Shown in pieces: positions 38,354-45,069 of a stretch of 51,365 nucleotides of DNA. Both the position numbers and the translations under genes were made by a program. This DNA is from Fimbriimonadaceae bacterium. GTDB taxonomy: Bacteria > Armatimonadota > Fimbriimonadia > Fimbriimonadales > Fimbriimonadaceae. The number at the start of each line of letters is the position of its first letter. Position 1 is the stretch's first letter. Location of the stretch: NCBI GenBank assembly GCA_027492935.1, contig JAPUDU010000206.1, forward strand, positions 4,291 to 55,655, written 5' to 3'. The notes below the pieces were generated by a model. The model ran no database searches. It saw only the letters and a list, made by a program, of their open reading frames with translations, and was not told where the DNA came from.

Positions 38354-39271
38354 TTAGTTCGCCTTCTGTCGCCACGCTCGGTCATACATTTGTTTGCTAT
38401 CCCAGGGTCGCGCACTTCCGCTCAGATAAAGAACAATGTCTCTTCGAACAGCTTGCGGAACACCCACCGACGCATACTCACGGAAGTTGCCGTTCCAGGT
38501 AACAACGGTTGTATCTGGCGGATCGCTGTAGCCCAACTGACGAGGATCATCATTCGGATTACCATTACCGTTGCCTGCGCCAACACCAATTGCAAAATTA
38601 GTCCAGAATCGCGAATAACGCAATTCAAATCGGCTTCCGCCAGCTGGCACTCTTGCCTCGCCTACGTCATATCCTGAAATCGAATAAAACATGCGTGCCC
38701 GTGGGTCACTGGGGTCCGAAAGCGAAACGCCACCGCAACGAGCACCTGCTGCGATTGCACTAATCGCAGGATCCCAGCAGACAAATCCATCTGCCGAACC
38801 ATATGCCTGGCGGTTACCCGCAACGTCATCTAATGCACTAATAGCACCGTCGCCATTCAAATCAAGCTGAGCTCCACTTCCAATCGGAGTTGGGTCTGCA
38901 TCAGGGAAAACTGCATTTACAGTTTGCGTAGCCTGGAATCGAACGTAAGCGGGAGTAAATGTTGCTAAAGAAGCAGTTCGCTTCGGATACAAAAATCCTT
39001 TAACTTCATTGGCCGGCATAACATTGCCAGCGTTCGGGCCTGTCGCATAAAGCGTGACATAACCCAGAAGTGCTGGTGGATAAGCCCCCTGATCTTCCCG
39101 ATAAAGTTGCAAAGAAGAACGAAGCGAATTCATATTCGCAAAGTCTTGACTTCGATATGCGTTGTCTTTAACCCGGGCAAAAACCGGGACGATGATCGCC
39201 GATAAGATCGCAATAATTGCGATCACTGTTAGCAACTCAAGTAATGTAAATGCGCGTTTGCCGTTCCTCAT
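38354..39271 (-). CDS. Prepilin N-methylation domain protein (GspG/DUF1559-like, 305 aa)
   Basis: KRA|FTLLELLTVIAIIAILSAIIVPVFAR...LQLYREDQGAYP. Confidence 0.85.
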   Translation of the reverse strand: MRNGKRAFTLLELLTVIAIIAILSAIIVPVFARVKDNAYRSQDFANMNSLRSSLQLYREDQGAYPPALLGYVTLYATGPNAGNVMPANEVKGFLYPKRTASLATFTPAYVRFQATQTVNAVFPDADPTPIGSGAQLDLNGDGAISALDDVAGNRQAYGSADGFVCWDPAISAIAAGARCGGVSLSDPSDPRARMFYSISGYDVGEARVPAGGSRFELRYSRFWTNFAIGVGAGNGNGNPNDDPRQLGYSDPPDTTVVTWNGNFREYASVGVPQAVRRDIVLYLSGSARPWDSKQMYDRAWRQKAN

Positions 39272-39327
39272 GGCCTACTCCGGTCTGTCTATGAGACTTT
39301 CCTTATTTTCCCTTTGTTCCGTCGTCC

Positions 39328-40362
39328 TCATTTAAATCCATTTTTTTCTAAATAGAGATCAACTAGCACCTGAAGTTGGGGCGCAAAAAGCATTACCACC
39401 AAGGCTCCAGCCGCTAAATAAGGTCCGAACGGAATCATTGTGTGTTCTACCTCAGGTTCCTCCTCAAACTCTTCCACCGAGTAAGGATTCTCCCCAAACC
39501 ACCATTCATATATTTTGGGCCGAATCAGCCCAAAAATATCCATACATAACACATAACCTAACCCGCATTTAAGGAGCGAAGAGATGGTTTCAGGCTCATA
39601 CGGCTCCTCATTTTCATCACAATCAGCTGCCGGTTTATTTCGATACATCGCCACCTGGATGCCACCAATCACGGCCCCGAGCGCAACCGCCATCCCAAAA
39701 CTCAGCCCCGCCCCTAGCGGCAAAAGCACGGCCCCAATTCCCCGGGCCATCTTAATATCCCCATGCCCCATCGCATCCTTCTTAAACAGTATGCGACCCA
39801 GAAATGCAATTCCCCACAAAACACCAATCCCCACCAACCCCCCCGCCAAACTCGAAGGAATCCCCCAGAGCCAAGCTTCCTCTAACCCAAAAGCCGCAAA
39901 CGCAATATTCATCCCCACACCAACCACAAACATAAACGCATTAATCTCATCCGGAATAATGTAATGCGCTAAGTCAGTAAAGATCGCCGCTACCAAGGCC
40001 GCCGCAAACAACATATAGCCGATCGCCCGAATCGTGTAAAGAGGCTCAAACGACGACTGTGGATACAAACAAAACTGCTGATACCAAATCGCCGCAAACA
40101 AACTTCCCGTAATCAATTCAACAATAAAATAGCGCGACCCAATCTTATTCTTCCCACACTTGCATCGACCTTTCTGAAAAGCCCAACTCAAAAGCGGAAT
40201 AAGCTCACCTGCCGTCAACTGTTTATCACAACTAGGACAATAGCTATTCTTCGGTTTTGAAATCGAAATGCCACGGGGCATGCGATAAATAACTACGTTC
40301 AGAAAGCTGCCAATAGCTGCCCCAAACCAAAATCCGACCACCCAAGTCCAAGCTGGAAACAC
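39328..40362 (-). CDS. pilD: Prepilin peptidase/methyltransferase
   Basis: GSFLNVVIYRMP, SYCPSC, TDLAHYIIPD, MGHGDIK, IPFGPYL. Confidence 0.95.
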   Translation of the reverse strand: MFPAWTWVVGFWFGAAIGSFLNVVIYRMPRGISISKPKNSYCPSCDKQLTAGELIPLLSWAFQKGRCKCGKNKIGSRYFIVELITGSLFAAIWYQQFCLYPQSSFEPLYTIRAIGYMLFAAALVAAIFTDLAHYIIPDEINAFMFVVGVGMNIAFAAFGLEEAWLWGIPSSLAGGLVGIGVLWGIAFLGRILFKKDAMGHGDIKMARGIGAVLLPLGAGLSFGMAVALGAVIGGIQVAMYRNKPAADCDENEEPYEPETISSLLKCGLGYVLCMDIFGLIRPKIYEWWFGENPYSVEEFEEEPEVEHTMIPFGPYLAAGALVVMLFAPQLQVLVDLYLEKNGFK

Positions 40363-40425
40363 GCGTTGTTAATCCTTGGCATCCATGCCAACCCGAACAA
40401 TACCATTTTAAGCACAATTTTAATG

Positions 40426-40463
40426 CAAAAAAGCCGGGAACAGATATCTGCTCCCGGCTCTTT
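40426..40463. terminator. Intrinsic terminator after pilC, possibly bidirectional
   Basis: AAAAAAGCCGGGAACAGATATCTGCTCCCGGCTCTTT. Confidence 0.75.
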
Positions 40464-40475
40464 AATTCAAAACAA

Positions 40476-41711
40476 TTAGCCGCCGTCGCCTTCGCCCGAA
40501 GAAAGACTCGTGATAACCTTGAGGAGCGGAGCAAACATCGCATAAACGATGAATCCAACCATTCCACCAAGGAAGACGATGATAATCGGCTCAAGAGCCG
40601 CCGTCAACGACTGCAATGTTGCTTCAACTTCGGCTTCGTAGAAGTCAGCAATTTTTTGCAACATAAAGTCAAGCGAACCAGATTCTTCACCGACGCCGAT
40701 CATGTGAACGACCATCGGCGGGAACAATCGACTGGCTTCCAACGGATCACCAATGCGATCCCCTTCACGAATCCGAGCTCTGGCATCCAAAACCGCATCG
40801 CTCATGATTGAGTTACCAACCGTACCGGCAACTGTTTCCATAGCTTGCAAAATCGGAACACCTGAAGTCAAAAGCGTACCCATCGTTCGGCTAAATCGAG
40901 CCATGCAGACCTTCAAGTGAAGCGGCCCAAAAACCGGAACCTTCAATTTGATACGGTCAACAACTCGTCGGCCAAATCGAGTATTCGAGAACATCTTGAA
41001 ACCAAAGTACAGAACGATACCAGTGATCAAGAAGATGTGCCAGTTGGTAATCATATTCTGCGAAAGATCAATCAAGAACTTTGTCGCTGCCGGGAACTCG
41101 CTGTCCGGCAAACCAAGGTCTTTAAAGATCGCCGCAAACTGAGGAACAACAACAATCATCAAGAGGACGAGAATTCCAACAGCAGCCAAAACAACGATGA
41201 TCGGATAGGTCAAAGCCGCTTTAACTTTTCGTCGGAGCGCAACGTCGGATTCCAAAAACTGGGAAAGTCTTTGAAGGGCTTCTTCCAAAACCCCACCGAC
41301 CTCACCGGCTCGAACCAAACCAATAAACAAACTGTTGAAAGTTCGAGGGTGTCGTTGCATGGCACGACTCAGAGATTCACCACCCTCAACCCGCTCGCCA
41401 AGATCAATAAGAATCTTTTTCATGCGAGGGTCTTCAGTTTGACGGCTCAAAACGTCAAGGCATCGAACCAACGAAACCCCAGCGTCAACCATCGTAGAAA
41501 ACTGGCGACAGAAAAGTGACAGCCTTGTTAGCTTAACCTTGCCGTAGCTACGGGCTTTTTTGACCTTCCCTTTCTTAATAAGCGTAACTTCAACGATTTC
41601 CAGGCCTTGCTCCTGGAAACGGGCACGCAAATTCTCTTCGGTTTCGGCTTCCGCCGTACCTTTTTGCAGACCCCCACTCGGGTCACGGAATGTGTAGCTG
41701 TAGACTGCCAT
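40476..41711 (-). CDS. pilC: Type IV pilus platform protein (GspF family)
   Basis: FCRQFSTMVDAGV, GEVGG, ALTYP, GEESGSL, LEPIII. Confidence 0.96.
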   Translation of the reverse strand: MAVYSYTFRDPSGGLQKGTAEAETEENLRARFQEQGLEIVEVTLIKKGKVKKARSYGKVKLTRLSLFCRQFSTMVDAGVSLVRCLDVLSRQTEDPRMKKILIDLGERVEGGESLSRAMQRHPRTFNSLFIGLVRAGEVGGVLEEALQRLSQFLESDVALRRKVKAALTYPIIVVLAAVGILVLLMIVVVPQFAAIFKDLGLPDSEFPAATKFLIDLSQNMITNWHIFLITGIVLYFGFKMFSNTRFGRRVVDRIKLKVPVFGPLHLKVCMARFSRTMGTLLTSGVPILQAMETVAGTVGNSIMSDAVLDARARIREGDRIGDPLEASRLFPPMVVHMIGVGEESGSLDFMLQKIADFYEAEVEATLQSLTAALEPIIIVFLGGMVGFIVYAMFAPLLKVITSLSSGEGDGG

Positions 41712-41717
41712 CTTTTA

Positions 41718-42977
41718 TTACCTTCTCGGTGGGCCGCCCGGCCCGTTTTCACCTTGACCACCCGGGCCACCCAGGTTAATCATCTTCTTCAATTCTTCAA
41801 CGTTTTGGCATCGAGTCATCGCTTCTTCCAAAGTGATGAGCCCCTTCATATATTGGTCGCGCAAGCACTGATCCATACTCATCATCCCGTGCGAGTGACC
41901 TGTTTGGATCATGGATGGAATTTGGTGAGTCTTGTTTTCACGAATCAAGTTACGAATAGCCGGCGTAGCAAGCATGATCTCGTTCGTTGGAATCCGGCCC
42001 GGACCACTCGCCCGCGGCAACAACTGTTGCGAAATAATCGCGATCAAGTTGTTCGCTAGCTGAACCCGAATTTGCTCTTGTTGTCCCGGAGGGAAAACGT
42101 CAATGATACGGTCAATGGATTCCGGTGCGTTGTTCGTGTGGAGTGTTGCAAAGACCAAGTGGCCCGTTTCAGCGGCGGTGATCGCCAACTGAATCGTTTC
42201 TCGGTCGCGCATTTCACCAACCAGCAAGATGTCCGGATCTTCCCGGAGACTTGCCCGAAGCGCGTTACCAAAGCTCAACGTATCCTGACCCAATTCGCGT
42301 TGGTTAATAACACAGCTCTTGTGCACGTGCAAATATTCGATTGGGTCTTCAATCGTAATAATGTGGTGCGCAAAGTTCATGTTGATGTGGTTAACCATCG
42401 CCGCCAAAGACGTCGACTTACCCGAACCCGTCGGACCAGTTACCAAGATCAAGCCACGAGGTCGTTCGCAAAGTGCTTTCAAAATCGGCGGAAGGTTTAA
42501 CTCCTCAACCGTCGGAATGCGACTCGAAATCAAACGGAAAGCCGAAGCACATGCACCGCGGTCACGATAAAGGTTAACCCGGAATCGAGCCCGAATCGGA
42601 CCTTTCCCTTGCTCACGAAGGTGGGGAGGGTTTGGCAAAGCGTAAGAAAAGTCAAGTTCTTTCGTCTGCTCAAATCGCGTCACCTGATCGTCGGAAACGA
42701 TTTCGTAAAGCATGCGCTGCGATTGCTGCGGCGTGCATTTCTCATAATTTAATCGCTTCAAGCCACCATCTTCACGAATAACTGGCTCACTATCAACACA
42801 GATGTGAAGGTCAGAACAGTTTCGATCAACAACGATATGGAGCAACTCATCAATGTGCAAGTCTTCCATTGATCGCGGTGCACCCGCTTTCGGCTGTTCA
42901 CTCCCGCCCGTAGCGGCTGGAGGAGGAGTCGTTGGCGGAGGGGTCATCCCCTGGGGCGGCATATTTGAGTTTTCCAT
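41718..42977 (-). CDS. pilT: Type IV pilus retraction ATPase
   Basis: GPTGSGKSTS, TIEDPIE, LREDPD, AAETGHLVFATLH, AIRNLIRE. Confidence 0.96.
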   Translation of the reverse strand: MENSNMPPQGMTPPPTTPPPAATGGSEQPKAGAPRSMEDLHIDELLHIVVDRNCSDLHICVDSEPVIREDGGLKRLNYEKCTPQQSQRMLYEIVSDDQVTRFEQTKELDFSYALPNPPHLREQGKGPIRARFRVNLYRDRGACASAFRLISSRIPTVEELNLPPILKALCERPRGLILVTGPTGSGKSTSLAAMVNHINMNFAHHIITIEDPIEYLHVHKSCVINQRELGQDTLSFGNALRASLREDPDILLVGEMRDRETIQLAITAAETGHLVFATLHTNNAPESIDRIIDVFPPGQQEQIRVQLANNLIAIISQQLLPRASGPGRIPTNEIMLATPAIRNLIRENKTHQIPSMIQTGHSHGMMSMDQCLRDQYMKGLITLEEAMTRCQNVEELKKMINLGGPGGQGENGPGGPPRR

Positions 42978-43051
42978 TTGTTAATTGATTCTTTTCTTTT
43001 TCGTGTGACGTTATTTCAATTCGAGAATGTTCAAACCAGTTCTAATTTTTG

Positions 43052-44839
43052 TTAGAAACCAGCCGTGAAGACGACGCGCATAACTTCGTCTGGTGTAGTT
43101 TGACCCAAAAGCACCTTCGCAAGTCCATCCTCACGAAGCTCTTTCATGCCATTCGCCTTAGCCGCAGCCTTGATGTCATTAAGCGGTGACCGGCGGACAA
43201 CCATTTCGGCAATTTCACCGTTCATGATCATCATTTCGTGGAAACCAGTTCGACCCTTAAATCCAGTCATGCGGTTATCTTCGTGCGGAACACCGCGATA
43301 AAGCGTAACCATGTTGTCCGGATTCTGAACTTGGAAGCCAAAGCGGCGCAAGTCAATTTCGCGCACTTCATAAGGTTCCTTATGATTGCTGTCTATGCGT
43401 CGACCAAGTCGTTGGGCCAAAACCCCGATAATCGTTGCCGAGATCAAGTAAGGCTCAACGCCCATGTCAATCATACGAAGAGTAGCCGAAGGCGCGTCGT
43501 TCGTGTGAAGCGTGGACAAAACAAGGTGACCAGTAAGCGAAGCTTCAATCGCAATTTCCGCTGTTTCAAGGTCCCGCATTTCACCAACCATGATGATGTC
43601 AGGGTCTTGTCGCAAAAATGCCCGAAGCGCAGTACCAAAGGTCAAACCAGCTTTCTTATTAACCTGAACCTGAGCCAAACCACCAAGTTGATATTCAACC
43701 GGGTCTTCAACCGTAATAATGTTCCGCTCAACTGAGTTAAGCATGTGCAAAACGGAATACTGGGTGGTCGTTTTTCCCGAACCCGTCGGACCCGTACAAA
43801 GGAACATCCCGTTCGGCTGACTAATCAATTCTTCAATTGAAGCTTGGTTCTCTTCCGTAAATCCGAGTTTGCCCAAACCGATCATCGCGTTACCCTTATC
43901 AAGGATCCGCATAACGATCTTCTCACCAAAAGGAGTCGGAATCGAGCTAACCCGAAGGTCAAACTCTTGACCCTGGTGCCGAACTTCAATACGACCGTCT
44001 TGAGGAACCCGACGTTCAGCAATGTTCATTTCCGCCATGATCTTCAAGCGGCTAATCATAGGTGCCTGAAGGTTCTTCGGAACCGTCATCGCTTCCATCA
44101 AGACCCCGTCAATCCGGTAACGGATTCGAACCGATCGTTCTTGTGGCTCAACGTGGATGTCCGATGCGCGGTCTACGATCCCGGTTTGAATAACCGCGTT
44201 CGCAAGTTTGATAATAGGCGCTTGCTCCGCAAGCTCCGCCCCATCGTCTTCTTCGGTCGGAATACGTGCATCGTCCGCATCACGCACAACCTGCGCCTGA
44301 GCAACAAGCGCGGATATTCCCGCTGAACTGTTTTGCGCTTTCTGAGCGTTACTTGCCCCACCATTAGTAGCCTTAGAAGGTGCTTCGGCTGGGGCTCCAT
44401 CCCCGGAACCGTAATATTTTTTAATCGCGTCTTCAATCGCACCCGGAACTGCAACCGCTGGCTTAACCATACAGCCGCTCGCAAACCGAACTGCATCAAT
44501 CGCTTCCAAGTTATTCGGATTGTCCATCGCAACCCAAAGCATCGTGCCGTCTTTACGAACCGGAATCACGCGGTGCTGTTTTGCAATCCGATCCGGAACA
44601 ACGTTGACCGCACTGCTTTCAAGCGATACGTTGTCAAGATCAACAAAAGGAAAACCCGCTTCCTGAGCTTGCGCTTCCGTAACTTCGCGCTCACCCACCA
44701 TTCCCAAGTCAGTCAGAATTTTGCCGAGGTTCGGATTCTTCGTCTGCTCCTGAACCTTCATTGCCTCTTCTAACTGATCAGGCTTCAAGTGACCCTTATC
44801 AATCAGGTACTTGGTCATCGGTACTCGTTCAATTGCCAT
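43052..44839 (-). CDS. pilB: Type IV pilus extension ATPase (PilB/GspE)
   Basis: MshEN-like N-terminus; ASDIHVEP, PQDGR, GPTGSGKTTT, LRQDPD, TGHLVLSTLHTN. The tetra-Cys motif is absent. Confidence 0.95.
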   Translation of the reverse strand: MAIERVPMTKYLIDKGHLKPDQLEEAMKVQEQTKNPNLGKILTDLGMVGEREVTEAQAQEAGFPFVDLDNVSLESSAVNVVPDRIAKQHRVIPVRKDGTMLWVAMDNPNNLEAIDAVRFASGCMVKPAVAVPGAIEDAIKKYYGSGDGAPAEAPSKATNGGASNAQKAQNSSAGISALVAQAQVVRDADDARIPTEEDDGAELAEQAPIIKLANAVIQTGIVDRASDIHVEPQERSVRIRYRIDGVLMEAMTVPKNLQAPMISRLKIMAEMNIAERRVPQDGRIEVRHQGQEFDLRVSSIPTPFGEKIVMRILDKGNAMIGLGKLGFTEENQASIEELISQPNGMFLCTGPTGSGKTTTQYSVLHMLNSVERNIITVEDPVEYQLGGLAQVQVNKKAGLTFGTALRAFLRQDPDIIMVGEMRDLETAEIAIEASLTGHLVLSTLHTNDAPSATLRMIDMGVEPYLISATIIGVLAQRLGRRIDSNHKEPYEVREIDLRRFGFQVQNPDNMVTLYRGVPHEDNRMTGFKGRTGFHEMMIMNGEIAEMVVRRSPLNDIKAAAKANGMKELREDGLAKVLLGQTTPDEVMRVVFTAGF

Positions 44840-45069
44840 GCGTTCTAAAGTCCTCTGCCCAACGTGCGTTCTAAAAAACCAAAATGGCCCAATGCAACGC
44901 TCCCTCTGAATTCCCTAATCGTTCCCAGGTTTAAAGGAATTCACAAGCAGTCCCCCTATTTTAGACACATATGCGTGTGAATAAGAAAGGGGATGACACA
45001 CTTTATTGACTGTTTCTCTGGGTCTTAACGTTCGCCCCCCTCACGCAAACCACCATAATTGAATCTGTT

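Noticed and set aside
12683-44839. Classifying the locus as a type II secretion system
   Set aside because: PilT with AIRNLIRE, an actin-like PilM and a PilN LNLLP motif indicate a type IVa-like pilus. A secretion role is not excluded.
44840-45069. c-di-GMP riboswitch before pilB, or T-box before argS
   Set aside because: No GEMM or T-box consensus elements were recognised.
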